A stretch of 64,000 bases of DNA, taken from positions 11,966,001 through 12,030,000 of the forward strand of contig OX597822.1 of the NCBI GenBank assembly GCA_951406725.2, written 5' to 3'. Made by a program: the position numbers and the translations under genes. How positions within the stretch are numbered: position 1 is the stretch's first letter; every line of letters begins with the position of its first letter. The stretch is from Octopus vulgaris. Taxonomy: Eukaryota. Shown here piece after piece: positions 41,191 through 55,362 of the stretch. The notes under the pieces are model-generated. The model made no database searches. It worked only from the letters and a program-made list of their open reading frames with translations, and was not told the origin of the DNA.

Positions 41191-42008
41191 TAGCTGACGT
41201 ATACGGTAATTCCCGGGAAAGCGGAGCTCATTCCGTGGTTCCGTTCTCATAATTGTTTCGCTAATCCAATAACAACAATACAAAATATGTAGCTCTTAAC
41301 ACGGCTTTTGTGCATTTATTGAGAATACCGAAGTGTCTTCGTCAGAATCTTGCTTTTAGGAATTCCGTGAATACGCAAATTGTGAAATCAGTTATGTAAT
41401 AACATGAAATTAGTTACTCGATAGTAAGAATTCATGTAAAGTAGCCCCGAAAAGAGTTTTTAATGCGTTCCCAGATTATATAGAACTGAGGAAATACTAA
41501 TAAGGTATGTATACTAAAATTGTAAAGGACATTACGTAATAACTGGCTAATCAGATATGAAATAATAGCAATTCAAAGTAAATAAATCTGAAAAGGGCAT
41601 TTGCGAGTTCCCAGAGAATATTACCCTCATAGGCGCTAGCGTTGGTATATTCGTGAATAATTCAATAACCGAAATAAGTGGATCTATTGTTTAGGAAAAT
41701 ACTATTTACTTGTTTAAAGGTTGTACTGGATAAATTGCGAAAATAACTCTAACAGTTCAAATATTAAGAAATAAGCATACTCAATTTGATGTATACCAAC
41801 TAATTTAGGGAATTGAATGGGTTATTTCCCTTGGTTATATTTAAGGATCCCTTAAATTAATAATAATGTACATAAATATATAATTATATGAACGGAGATC
41901 GGGCGAAAACGATATTTCTAGAGCATGCTTGAAGCTTGAAGTGCCGATACCTTCAAAAAGTACCAAAAACTAAAACTAAAGTATACACGTGGCTGAAACT
42001 GGGCTAGT

Positions 42009-42012
<4 letters not shown>
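41188..42012 (-). mobile_element. Helitron-like non-autonomous element; partial opposite-strand copy at 39070-39305
   Basis: Minus strand ends cccgggaattaccgtatacgtcagCTAGt and begins tctacta; 41235-41458 matches the reverse complement of 39070-39305. Confidence 0.5.
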
Positions 42013-42087
<75 letters not shown>

Positions 42088-42222
42088 TGTGTGTGTGTGT
42101 GAATGTGTATGTATATATATATATATATGTGTGTGTGTACTTGTTGACTTTCGGTTGTTAATTGCGAATAGCCTATATACACACACGCACAAATACAAAT
42201 ATACATGTGTCTGTGCACGTGC

Positions 42223-42258
<36 letters not shown>

Positions 42259-42407
42259 CGCTTTTGGATTTGGTTTGCAAGATTCTTTATGTGACTTCGT
42301 GTGTTGAAGCATATTCTGTTGTGTCTGGGGAGAGTCATTTTCTTTTTGTGCCTTATAATTTAACACACTGACCGGTAAAATTTCCACTTATTTCTTATTT
42401 TTGTTTT

Positions 42408-42447
42408 CCTAAAATTTTCGTTGCGTATTGCAACCTTTTTGAATAGT
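42408..42447 (-). ncRNA. Decayed hammerhead-like motif
   Basis: ttcaaaa-ag-gttgc-aatac-gcaac-GAAA-atttta: stem II and GAAA with an AAATTT palindrome present, CUGANGA box degenerate. Confidence 0.35.
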
Positions 42448-43125
42448 CTTGACTCTGTCCATTATTTACACTGCGTTCCTTTTCGTTTGTTTGTGCGCAT
42501 TTGTGAGGATCAGCGTTTGTGTGTATGTATGTGTGTGTATACATATGTATATATGTATGTATCTGTGTGCATCTGTATGCATGCGTGTCCGTCTTTGTGT
42601 GTGTTTTTGCGTATGTGTGTGTGCGTGTGTCTGTATATGTATGCACCTCTGTCTCCTTGTGTGTGCATGTCTAAATGTGTGTGTGTTTTGCAACTATGTG
42701 CCGTGTTTGTATATATGGATGTTCATCTTCATATATGTGGACACGTGTCTCCATATGTCTCCAATCATATAAGGAAACATTTCGACAGATGATAGCCGTT
42801 CCATCAACACACACACTACACCCCATCAAAGAGCACACTCACTCTATTGATGAGCACTTTGATGACGTTTAAGACCGGCTGCTGACTGACGCGGTTTAAA
42901 ACGCAAGTGACAGGCATTGCTTCAAGTTTTTTCATATCTTTACCCTTTGGAATCTGATTCTGAATGATTATTTTTGTGAACTAGCATATGTCTTTTAAGT
43001 CCAGATATTGTCTTACAAGTTTTTTGACATAGGACACAAGTCATAAGAGGTCGCTGGTTTCCAACACCATTGCTTATCTGGGCATTACGATTTTCAAGTG
43101 ACTTCATATGATTCATATATACACA

Positions 43126-43165
<40 letters not shown>

Positions 43166-43289
43166 CACACACATGCACACATGCACGTCCATCCCCACAC
43201 GCATACAGAGTGCGAAAGATATTTGAGGACAGATTTATGTTTATAAAAAAATGGGATATGTAATAACATATAATTACTATATTTATCAA

Positions 43290-43745
43290 AAAAATGCTCT
43301 GAAAATAAAAGTAAACGTTCTATTCTATAATGTTATTCACTAAATCAACCTTTAGCTACAACAACTGCTTCTAAACGAGATCTAAATGATCTACATGCTC
43401 GACTCAAGTGGTGTTGGTTCATCTGGCAAATTGACTTTCCCTCATCATATAAGACTTTCATTTTATGTCTTCGTGGACAACCTTTCTGACTCTTCCTTCT
43501 GGCACATGAAGATCTTTTGCAATTGGCCTCATGCACTTTCTGAGATTGTAATCAATGGCCTGTTGAAATTGCTGGATAAATTCAAGTGTTATGATAATTT
43601 CAGAGCGTTTAGAATACTTTTTTCTGCTTTCATACTGGTACTACCTTTCCATTTTCAGTCTCTAACTCCTAACAAACTTTGTAGACAGAAGATCTGGCAA
43701 CATTTAAAAATCGAGATATTTCTAAATCGCTATACTCAGCCTTTA
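43290..43745 (-). mobile_element. Internally deleted Tc1-like transposon remnant
   Basis: C-terminal MNQHHLSRACRSFRSRLEAVVVAKG resembles the Tc1-superfamily terminus. Confidence 0.55.
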
Positions 43746-43905
43746 TAACCACAATAACAGCATGCCCCTTCATTTCTTATACAAGCTGGCATTATATGGA
43801 TCTGGCATTATATTTTCTGAAACAAAGATTATACAGAGTTAACAAAAAAATGCAACAATGACCCCAAAAGGTTTGTCCTCAAATAACTTACACAACCTGT
43901 ATACA

Positions 43906-44531
43906 CAGTAATCCCTCTATTATCGCGGGTGTTACGCTACAAAACCCTCTGCGATTGGTGAAAATCCGATAAGCAGAAAAAGGCGGCGAGCTGGCAGAAA
44001 AGTTAGCACGCCGGGTGAAATGCTTAGCGGTATTTCGTCTGTCATTACGTTCTGAGTTTAAATTCCACCGATGTCGACTTTGCCTTTCATCCTTTCGGGA
44101 TCGATAAATTAAGTACCAGTTACGCACTGGGGTCGATGTAATCGACTTAATCCGTTTTTGTGTCCTTGTTTGTCCCCTCTGTGTTTAGCCCCTTGTGGGT
44201 AGTAAAGAAATAGGTATTTCTTCTGCCGTATAGTTCTGAGTTCAAATTCCGCCGAAATCGACTGTGCCTTTCATTCATTCGGGGTCGATTAAATAAATAC
44301 CAGTTACGTACTGGGGTCGATATAATCGACTAAGTCCGTTTGTCTGTCCTTGTTTATTCCCACTGTACGTAGACTCTTGTAGGTAGTAAGGAAATAAGAA
44401 ACAGTGTTGTACTGTATAATTTTTAAATAATTATTCGTATATTTTGTATTTATTTATTTCATTATAAATACAAAACAGCACAGCGGAGGAATCGACGTAA
44501 GCTTAAAAAATAAATCGCGATAGGATCACTG
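43906..44531. mobile_element. pogo/Tigger-like MITE interrupted by a SINE B dimer
   Basis: Left cagtaatccctctattatcgcg and right cgcgataggatcactg-ta are imperfect TIRs with CAGT ends. Confidence 0.6.
43981..44397 (+). mobile_element. SINE family B dimer
   Basis: Head aggcggcgagctggcagaaaagttagcacg followed by two tandem units of about 190 bp (B box, core, tail). Confidence 0.8.
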
Positions 44532-44629
44532 TACACACAGAAACATACATACATATATATAAGACAGAAAGAGGGAGAAAGAGAGAGAGACGGAGACGGA
44601 GAGAGCGAGATAGAGAGTAAGTGAAAGAA

Positions 44630-45237
44630 TCTTTTCTACTCTAGGCACAAGGCCCGAAGTTTGGGGTGAGGGTGCCAGTCGACTAGAACAACCCCAGTGC
44701 GCAGCTTGTGCTTAATTTATCGACGCCAAAAGATTGAAAGTCAAAGTCAACCTCGGTGGAATTTGAACTGAGAACGTAAAAACGGACGAAAAACCGCTAA
44801 GCATCCCGGCGTGCAAACGAACCTTAGTTCTTTATTGCACTCAAGGGGCTACACACAGGGGGACAAACAAGGACAGAAAAACGGATTAAGTCGATTATAT
44901 TGACCCCAGTGTGCAGCTGTTGCATAATTTATCAACCCCGAAAGGATGAAAGCCAAGTTCGACCTCGGTGAAATTTGAACTATGAACATAAAAACAGACG
45001 AAATACCTATTTTTTTACTACCCACAAGGGGCTAAACACAGAGAGGACAAACAAGGGCAGATAAACGGATTAAGTCGATTATATCGACCCCAGTAACTGG
45101 TACTTAATTTATCGACCCCGAAAGGATAAAAGGCAAAGTCGACCTCGGCGGAATTTGAACTCAGAACGTAGCGGCAGACGAAATACCGCGAAGCATTTCG
45201 CACGGCGTAGTAACGATTCTGCCAGGTCGCCGCCTTA
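44630..45237 (-). mobile_element. SINE family B trimer
   Basis: One head at 45237 followed by three tandem core units. Confidence 0.8.
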
Positions 45238-45419
45238 GAGTAGGTAAAAGAATGATGAGAGTAATTTTAGTTTATTCCTCCCCCTCAAGCACCCCCACTG
45301 CCTTTCTTTATATATCACCTATTTCATTTGTGTCTAAAGCACTTTCCCTGTATATCACATTTCTTTGTAGAGTTTAACGCCAACATGTCTGCATGAATAT
45401 TTTATATACACATATACCC

Positions 45420-45452
<33 letters not shown>

Positions 45453-45718
45453 GGGAACATATCTAACTTAACTCGGAACATATCTAATTGAATTTCATTC
45501 AATTTTTCTATTTGAAATTCAGCACAACCTATTTTATATACACGCCTGTATATAGGAAATACATACATATGCGCACACGTTTACCCCACCGTACAGCCGT
45601 ATTACGTGACTCATATATGTATATATGTGGAAGCACCTATCTTGATATATGTACACATGTATACAAATAGCTACTCACGTAGGTAGCACACACACACACA
45701 CACACATATTTATATATG

Positions 45719-45773
<55 letters not shown>

Positions 45774-45848
45774 GTACATATGTATATATATATGTGTGTG
45801 TACATATGTATATATATATATATACAGTTTGAACTATGTAAATAGGCG

Positions 45849-45897
<49 letters not shown>

Positions 45898-47189
45898 ACA
45901 CGCACATATATACATACACACACACACATACATATATATGGTTACTTGTATGGGTGCGTGCGTTATACCTATAAATATATTTGTTTTTCGACGATAATAA
46001 CAAAACCGCATCAACAATATCAACGAAAATATTCTAGTATTAACAATAGCGAAATCTATAACAAAAAGCAACTCTTCAAATCGAGTCATAATGTTTTTGT
46101 TTTCAGTTTGACGCCAACTATGGCGTAAATCCTGTGTCCCCTGATGTTCATCTTTCCTCCACTAAGGACTTAAGAATATATATCATCCTAACTTTGCAGA
46201 AAAAAAGCAAAGATGAAATAATAAAGAAATCAGAAGTAAAAGATACATGCTATTGTCTTTCTAGACAATTTGATGCCGGTGTGGTTTTAAACTCTACCTA
46301 CTAAGATATATGAATGAATACATGAATATATATATATATATACATACATACATACATATATATATGTGTATATATACTTACATACATACATATATATATA
46401 TACATAAATACATACATATATATATATATATATGTGTGTGCGTATGTGTGTACATATATATATATATATAAATTTCTATACGTATATTTATATAAAGATA
46501 TATATGTAAATATACATATATATATGCAGATGTATGCATACAAACATATATATAGACGGAGAGGGAGAGAGAGAAAAGGGAGAGAGAACCAGAGATGTAT
46601 ATGTATATAAATATATACAAGTCTATATACATATAATTATATATATATATGTATATATATATATATTTATATACATACATATATCGATTCATGTATAATT
46701 TCGTGTGTGAAAGTGAAGTGTGCTTTTGCGTAACCAGTTATTGTGGGCGCCAATAGCGGAGACATTCTATGAGGTGTAGTTAATGTATCTCCAGTTTATT
46801 TATCGCGAGATTTCACACTCGTCTCGTTACTTCCAATTGAGCAAATACAGGTTTATCAAGTCCGTTACATCAAAGATTGAAACCAATTTCCTTCATTGAT
46901 ATTCATGAATTTCTTCATCAAAACTGTCGATAGAATAATCATAGAGTTAATATGATTTGAAACCCGACCCTCACTTCGATCACAAGAATTCTTCATACCT
47001 CAATTTATTGTAGTGTCAAAAAATTTCGTGCGTTTTATTTATTTATGAAATTTTTTTTTTTGGGGGGGGGAATTAATTTCATTTTTCTACATGGCAGTCT
47101 AATGTCTTATGTCTGTAAAGAGGTAAAATCTATTCAAATTTCGAAAACGATAAACGAAAGTTGTGGAGGACGAATAGAGCTAATACATG

Positions 47190-47289
<100 letters not shown>

Positions 47290-47518
47290 TTTTTGAGTAA
47301 ACACTATCTGGGAGAATCTTCTTAAAGTAGTAGAAATGGCTAAAAAAACTTTTTGGCTGCTATTTCTAAAAATTTCAGTATGTGGCAAAGTAAATTATTT
47401 TACTGAGCCCTAATTATATAACGTAATATTTTGAATACGCCTTGAATGATCCTTTTACATACTGAACACTACTTGGTGAAATTAATTAATAATTAATTGA
47501 TTTTACCCTTAATCATTG

Positions 47519-47576
<58 letters not shown>

Positions 47577-47589
47577 AACTTTTTTGTAT

Positions 47590-48010
<421 letters not shown>

Positions 48011-48961
48011 ATAGAACGCCGCTATATATATGATGAAATAACTTGCGATATTTTCCCGGCTCTTCTGTGTTAATTCTGGGTTCAAATCCCACCGAGGTCA
48101 TCTTTACCTTTTCCTCCTTTCGCCGTTGACGCAATACAAAGCCAGCAAAGCACTGAATTCAGTGCAATTAGCTAACTACGCTGCCATCCGTTACTATTTC
48201 CAGAATTGTGTGAGAACTGGAACCTTTTTATTAATAGCAGCGAGGTGGCAAAATCGTTTGCACGTCGGGTAAAATTCTCAGCAGCATTTCATTTGTCTTA
48301 AAGTTCTGAGTTCGAATTCCACCGATGTCGACTTGGCTTTTTATCGTTATACTTGGCTTTTTATCGTTATACATTAAGGTGGATGCAATCAACCTACTCG
48401 CTATCCCGAAATTGCTGGTTCTGTGTCATAATTTAAAACAATTATTTTCCTGCGAAATGTTGATCATTAGAAGGACTCCTTCGATCGAAAATACTTCTGC
48501 CTTACCCTGTTTCTACTTTCACATCATACATTCTTCATTCAGAACGGTTCGACCTGAGAAAACTTCACTACTCTTTCTCGCAGATCGACTGAACATGCAC
48601 AGCGGAAGAAATATGTTACGGCCGAGGTGGGAGTATGTTTCAAGCGCCTGAAAACATAATTAGTTAATTCTGAGCTGAAAAAACAATGAATCTAATTTTA
48701 GAAATTCATATGTATGCAGGCATGGCTTTTCAACCTCATGGTTCCAGGTTCGTACTCACTTCACGGCATCAAGGGCAAGTGTCCTCTTTTAAAGAGCGGC
48801 TCGACCAATGCCTTGTGAATGATTTTGACAGAAGGAAAGCCTGTCACAAGCATTTAATATGTGTGCGTGGTATGTGATGTTGGTATTATGATGTTGGTAT
48901 GTTAACGTCCATATATCTTAACGTATTCGTTAAAAGAGACCGGTAAGGCAAGTAGCAGATA

Positions 48962-49302
48962 CCTCTCTTTTACTCTCTTTTACTTGTTTCAGTCATTTGA
49001 CTGCGGCCATGCTGGAGCACCGCCTTTAGTCGAGCAAATCGACCCCGGGACTTATTCTTTGTAAGCCCAGTACTTATTCTATCGGTCTCTTTTGCCGAAC
49101 CGCTAAGTGACGGGGACGTAAACACACCAGCATCGGTTGTCAAGCAATGCTAGAGGGACAAACACACACAAACACACACACATACACATATATATATATA
49201 CATATATACGACAGGCTTCTTTCAGTTTCCGTCTACCAAATCCACTCACCAAGGCATTGGTCGGCCCGGGGCTATAGCAGAAGACACTTACCCAAGATGC
49301 CA
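48962..49302 (-). mobile_element. SINE family A, 5'-truncated
   Basis: Tail ctcttttacttgtttcagtcatttgactgcggccatgctggagcaccgcc through the centre; head absent. Confidence 0.85.
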
Positions 49303-49578
49303 CTTTAAAAAAGTATGTGTTCGGTAGGTCTGTTTGACTTAATCATTTAACTGGTGCTCCAGCATCGCCTGGTTTTTACATAAGCATTTCGACGCAACAT
49401 AATATTCGCTGAATACCGTTCTTAGTATACAAATGTTTGTGCTTTATGCAGCTAACGCATGCCAGTTCTTTTTAGAAAGACACAACTTAGCGTCAGTCTG
49501 TGTCTATTGCTGTCTGTCTGACTGTCTGTCGCATTTTCTCTCTTCCGCTTCTGTATATATATCGTTGAGAACATGTAA

Positions 49579-49644
<66 letters not shown>

Positions 49645-49767
49645 GTGTGTGTGCGCGTGTGTGTGTGTGTGTGTACCTATGTATGTGTGTGTGTGTGTGT
49701 GAGGGAACCTACGGAAAAGATGGTTACACATATTAAAAGGTTCTGTAGATGAATAATTAGGCATATA

Positions 49768-49812
<45 letters not shown>

Positions 49813-50062
49813 GTATGTGTGTGTGTAAATATATGTTCATATATATGTATATATATATATATGTGTGTGTGTGTGTATATATGTATATACATTGAGAGAG
49901 ACATATATATATATATATATATGTGTGTGTGTTTGTGGTTATACCTTCATATTTAACGTTTATATGTGTAATAAGATATATAACTATATATGTTGATATG
50001 CGTGTTTATATAGACTTATACATACATATGTACGTACACACATGTATATACGTATACATATG

Positions 50063-50105
<43 letters not shown>

Positions 50106-51430
50106 GCTTATATATATATACACATATACATATGCTTATATATATACACACACATATAAGTGTAGGTTTGTGTGATTGTGTGCGTGTGTGTGTGCTTCTA
50201 TGACGGTATGTATGTATATATGTAGGCATGTATGTAAGTATGTACATGTATGTACATATATTCCCTTAACTTAAAATTGCCGGAAGACCGCTCTCAATGT
50301 TATCCGCAGAGGATTACGTTTCGTTGAATTTTAATATCTGAATTTGAATCTCCAAACACACACGCGCATACGAACTAACGTACAGACCGACAGATATACA
50401 AACGTGTGTGTCTGTGTGCGTGTCTTTGTATCTGTGTCAATGTGTCTATATGTATCCTTATATATTAGCAATTCGGAATGGAGAATACAGTCCTGGCGTC
50501 TATAAACTGCACATTTAATCCCATTTAATTTACCTACTACTTATACATACTTCAAAAACAATTACATCATCAGTCATACCCCCACCATCTCTCTCTCACT
50601 CAATCTCCCTTTCTCACCATCTCTCTATATCGCTATGCATATTTATTTCTCTTGTAATCTCTCTCCCCCTCTCTCTCTCTCTCTAATTGTCCTCCTACTT
50701 ATCCTCTCTCCCTCTTTCTCTTTTCACCTAATCTCGCACGGTCACAAATTCTATTGGCCTTCATTTATTTCTGTTTATCTATCCATCTTTCAATCTATCT
50801 ATCTATATATATATATGTATATGCATATATATATACATATATATTTATATATTCATATATATATATACACACAAACATACATACATCTCTATATTTACAT
50901 ATACATGAGCGTATGTATATAAATACCATATATGTGTGTGTGTGTGTGTAAGAGCGTATACACACACTGGACTCTTTTCTTCTGTCTGTATTTCATTGAC
51001 AAATAATTTATCTAACCATTAAGTACCAACTTTGCCGATAACTTTGCATTTTACTTCGTTATTTTCCCCTCAGCCAAGCAAATTCGTTATAAATTTCAGA
51101 TTTGGAATATTACAAAGTATTTCAGACAGTTCATTTATATTATTTTATTGATATATCTAACAACTAAAATGTTCGTGTCTATGTATGTGTGTGTGGTACG
51201 TGTGCACGTGTGTACGTGAGGACGTGTGTGCCTTTCATCGTTATGCTTCTCTTTGCACAATATATACATATGTTGATTCTGTTGATTGTTGATTCTAGTT
51301 TCAGCTTATGAGCTGTGGCCATGCATATATATATATATATGTATATATATATAACCTTATTCTATAATTGTTTCCGCTAGAGTTTCTTTTGTAGTTTTCT
51401 TTAAATATTTTAAAATTTCTTAAGCATATA

Positions 51431-51549
51431 CATTAGCGCCATATCACGTTGAAAGCACCGGTCCTCGTCCGATCAACGAAGTTAAGCAACATCGGGGCTA
51501 CTGAGTACTTAGATGGGTGACCAATTGGGAAACCTAAGTCCTGTAAGTG
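51431..51549 (+). pseudogene. 5S rRNA pseudogene or 5S-derived head
   Basis: 119 nt: gccatatcacgttgaaagcaccggtcctcgtccgatcaacgaagttaagcaac...agtacttagatgggtgacc..tgggaa...ctgtaag; diverged, no oligo-T terminator. Confidence 0.85.
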
Positions 51550-51559
51550 TCTCACACTA

Positions 51560-51644
51560 TAGGCGCAGGAGAAGCTGCGTGGTAAGAAGCTTGCTTACCA
51601 ACCACATGATTCTGGGTTCAGTCCCACAGCGTGGAAGCCCGTCG

Positions 51645-51675
<31 letters not shown>

Positions 51676-51865
51676 GTGTGTGTGTTTGCGTGTCTGTGTT
51701 TGTCCTCCTAAACGATGCTGGTATGTTTACGTTCCCGTAACCTAGCGGTTCGGCAAAGGGATCGATACAATAAGTACTAGGCTTACAAAGAATAAGTCCT
51801 GGCGTCGATTTGCTCGACTAAAGGTGGTGCTTTAGCATGGCCGCAGTTAAATGACTGAAATAAAA
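51560..51865 (+). mobile_element. SINE family A, internally deleted
   Basis: Head aggcgcaggagaagctgcgtggtaag..gggttcagtccc and family tail; centre missing. Confidence 0.85.
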
Positions 51866-52704
51866 AAAAACATAAAAAGAAAAATATTGACCTGGTTGTG
51901 TGGTTAAGAATCTTGCTTTCAGTCCCATTTTGAAAAAAAAAAGAATAGATCAACATTGAATTTTCAGATTTGTCTGGACTTTAGGTACAACATGTGACGC
52001 TCCCTACATGTCTTCACACCGAATCTTCCATTGAATGTTTTTGTTTAACCTTCTGTGAACAGATTTGTTTATCCCTATTATCACTCTACATGTTTTCCCT
52101 CTAAATATTACGATTTCCATTAACCCCGAATTGGATTAATACCGATGAAGATGACTATACATATTTTCAATTAATTTATCTTACTAACGATCAAAATTAT
52201 CCTGAACATTTCAGAGATTGCGAATACTGAAAATTTTGCGCATTTTCCCACTGAATATGACTTGAAATATTTGTTTGAATATATGAATTGATGGTGTTAG
52301 AAGATATAAGCCTCTGTTGTCTGTCATTAGTTTCCCTCTTTGATACGTCTCTCTGAAAAAGTAAATTGTCCGAAACGTTGGATTTTCCACTCACAGCGCT
52401 ATTTTTTCTATAGTCTTTCACTAATTTTTACTAAATTATAGAAATCTTACCGACACTAACATAACTCCATTCGGATATTGTTCAATCATGCAGATTTGGC
52501 AAGCCTGAATATTTCTAACATTATTTACATTTGACGGATATTTGTCCTCATCTTGTTTGTTGTTAACACAACGTTTTGGCTGATATACTCTCCTGCCTTC
52601 ATCAGGTGTCTTGGGGAAATTTCGAATCTGGGTTCTCATTCCTAAAGTATTTTTCGATGTTGATGTCTTTGATGTTGTTGTTGTTGTTGTTATTATTATT
52701 ATTA

Positions 52705-52796
<92 letters not shown>

Positions 52797-53160
52797 TTAT
52801 GTTTGACTTTTGCTTTATGTCTGTACAAGTTGGCTCCAAGTCGCACCCAGAGACCTCAAGAGACAACAGGTTGGAAGTTCACGTTGTTGTTATGCCTAGT
52901 GTGCCATATATATGTTTTTTTTTTGGTGTTGTACTAGTGAATGTCTAATAAATAAATTGAAAAAAAAAAGTTTGTTTTAAGCCTTGGGATTACATAGAGA
53001 GTATTTTGCGTAGGATATGAGCAGTTCCCATGAGCACTATCTTTTGAATTTCAACCATTTTGGGGTTTCCTGGTATCTGAGTTAGGTAGCAATCAGCCCC
53101 TTTCGCTATCATTCCCAGGGCACCTATGAGAACAGGTATTGTTTTAGTCTTCAGGTTCCA
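52797..53160 (-). mobile_element. R4/Dong subfamily 2, short 3' fragment
   Basis: Near-identical to 26949-27333 (WNLKTKTIPVLIGALGMIAKGAD..LRKILSM plus 3' UTR), ending in (TAA)n. Confidence 0.88.
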
Positions 53161-53599
53161 GTTGTATGGTTTGAACTAAGCTTTATTGCCAATTCTTCAA
53201 CTGATAATGCAGGATTTTCTTCAAGTAATGCCTCAAGGAGCTTATTATCAAACTCAACTAGACGTCCTTTTTCTGCAAGTTCTTCCATTCAAGCATTCTT
53301 TCTTATAAACTGAATGTATGTTTGGAGCCGCTTCGGCTGCAGAGTTTACTTTTTTTGTACTCATAAATCATTATGTGCCTTAAATGGTGTTTGTGTACTT
53401 CCATGTTAGGAAGGGTTTTAATCAAAGAAATTTTAATTTTATTATTTTGTAAAATCATATTTAATTATATTTATATTTAAATGTACACAAATGCATAAAA
53501 ATATTTTAAATTCCATTAGACTTTCTAAAATACTATTACATTTCATTCAATTTTAAAAAAAAAGGTAAAATCGGACAGAACTTATGGGATGACCTGGTA
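53161..53599 (-). mobile_element. Mariner 5' remnant (TIR and N-terminal HTH)
   Basis: MEVHKHHLRHIMIYEYKK..NSAAEAAPNIHSVY..GRLVEFDNKLLEALLEENPALSVEELAIKL; TIR-like taccaggtcatcccataagttctgtccgatttt. Confidence 0.75.
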
Positions 53600-54949
53600 A
53601 ATAATGTAAATAATATATATAATTCCTCATCTCTTAAATATAGAACTGAATATTTCTGTTCGTATTCCAAATTATCATTCTTTTTAATCCTCCTCATTTT
53701 CCCTAAAGGTGAGCACATATGTTATTCTAAATTTTGTTTTTTTCAAATAAATTCTTTATCTTTGAATATTTTTGTTGAACGAAGAACATCTTGTTTAGAA
53801 GAAATATTTTTGTTAATAAAGAAACCAATCCTTAATTTGCAACACAAGTGTGTTCTCAAATGTACATCAGATTCTCTTTTGAAGAAACAAAACTATTGTG
53901 TTTCTGAAATTACGATGAACAAGGAAGTAACCAAAGAGAAGAATAAGAATATAGTCCATCTGCATAACAACATTTCTGTTCTTCTTGACATCACACAATA
54001 AAGCTGCCAAGAAAATAAAGTAAGTAACGGAAGCTGAGATAAATTAGCAGTTTCTTGGTTGCATCCTCTCAATTTTATTTGCATGAGGATTTTACGTTTT
54101 CTTCGTAAAAATTTCCAAATATGTTTATTACTGAACACCAAGCACTATAATATCTTTTTATATTTACTTCACGAATCAAGCATCGTACATTTCACAAGTA
54201 CAAAGAAAAGTCTCATTCGCTAACGAGGTCAATAAAACCCGAATAAAACTTGAGTTCTTTCCCTTAGTTGTCGAAAAATATAAATAACATGTATTAGATG
54301 TTAGCTGATCTCGCTATTTTTTCTCTCTTTCCTTCTGCATCATTATTAATAGTTATCTGCGTAATGCTCTCTGTATTAAATATATTAGCGCTAACTTATT
54401 TTATAGATTATGTTAAGCGAGTTTTGGATTTTCGCAGAATCGGTAACAATATTGAAATGAAATATTTACTTCTCAAAGTGACATCTAGTGGGCTAATATA
54501 ATGTACATTGCTTCTTAAAAGGAGCCAGATGATTGCATTTATTTATGGAGTTGACTTTCGCAATATTAAGATTCCGTTATTCTGCAAGCCTGATATTGAA
54601 TATATTCGTTTTTCATGTATATATATATATATTATGAGCATATGTATGTCATTTATATAAATATTTGTTAGTTAGTTGGACTGATATATTGATACTAAAT
54701 TACTTTGATAGTGACAGATCAACATTATATTTTCCCATAAACATAACTATATTTGTCACTGATAGACTTATTACATATATGAATCTCAAAGTAATATGCA
54801 ATAAAGCTAACCAATCGAAAGATGGAACTAAAGAGTAAGCGAACGAAGCAAAGCATTTATCTCGCCGAATGTTCATGTTATATATATTTGCTCACACACA
54901 AAGTTGCTTGTTTCTTGTTTCTTTTTCCTAGCCATACGAGAACCATAAA

Positions 54950-55165
54950 TATTGGTTTCAAATTTTGGCACAGGGCCAGAAATTTTGGGGTAGAGAATAG
55001 GTGGTTTACATCGCACCAATCCTCAACTGGTACTTGTTTTATCGACCATGAAAGAATGAAAAATAAAGTCGACCCCGGCGGAATTTGAACTAAGAACAGA
55101 AAGAAGGACGAAATACCGCTCTGCATTTTACCCGGCATGCTAACGTTTCTGCCAGCTCCCACCAC
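54950..55165 (-). mobile_element. SINE family B monomer
   Basis: Head ggtgggagctggcagaaacgttagcatg, B box agttcaaattcc, family core. Confidence 0.75.
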
Positions 55166-55362
55166 CTTATGTAAACCAGAAATATTCTCACATCATATTT
55201 GCTGATGTTTTCTTCATTGTTGAGGGTTGTATTATTGTTTTTTCGCCCATGGCCAACACTATCGGGTAAACCTATAATTAGAAACATCCCAGAAGTGACC
55301 CTCCTGTCTTACTAGGACTATGTAGACGGCGAATTAGCACATTCAAACAAAAGCATTCATAA

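Larger units (their letters stand above)
52517..53648. mobile_element. Hammerhead element copy with nested Dong and mariner fragments, flanked by a direct repeat
   Basis: Left arm 52517-52660 (minus; hammerhead 52565-52610 with GAAA changed to AAAA), right arm 53597-53648 (plus); ctgaatatttct at 52505-52516 and 53646-53657. Confidence 0.75.

Noticed and set aside
43981-45237. Regularly spaced repeats resembling a CRISPR array
   Set aside because: The units are full SINE repeats without unique spacers, there are no cas genes, and the context is eukaryotic.
51431-51549. Functional 5S rRNA gene
   Set aside because: Isolated copy with multiple substitutions and no oligo-T terminator.
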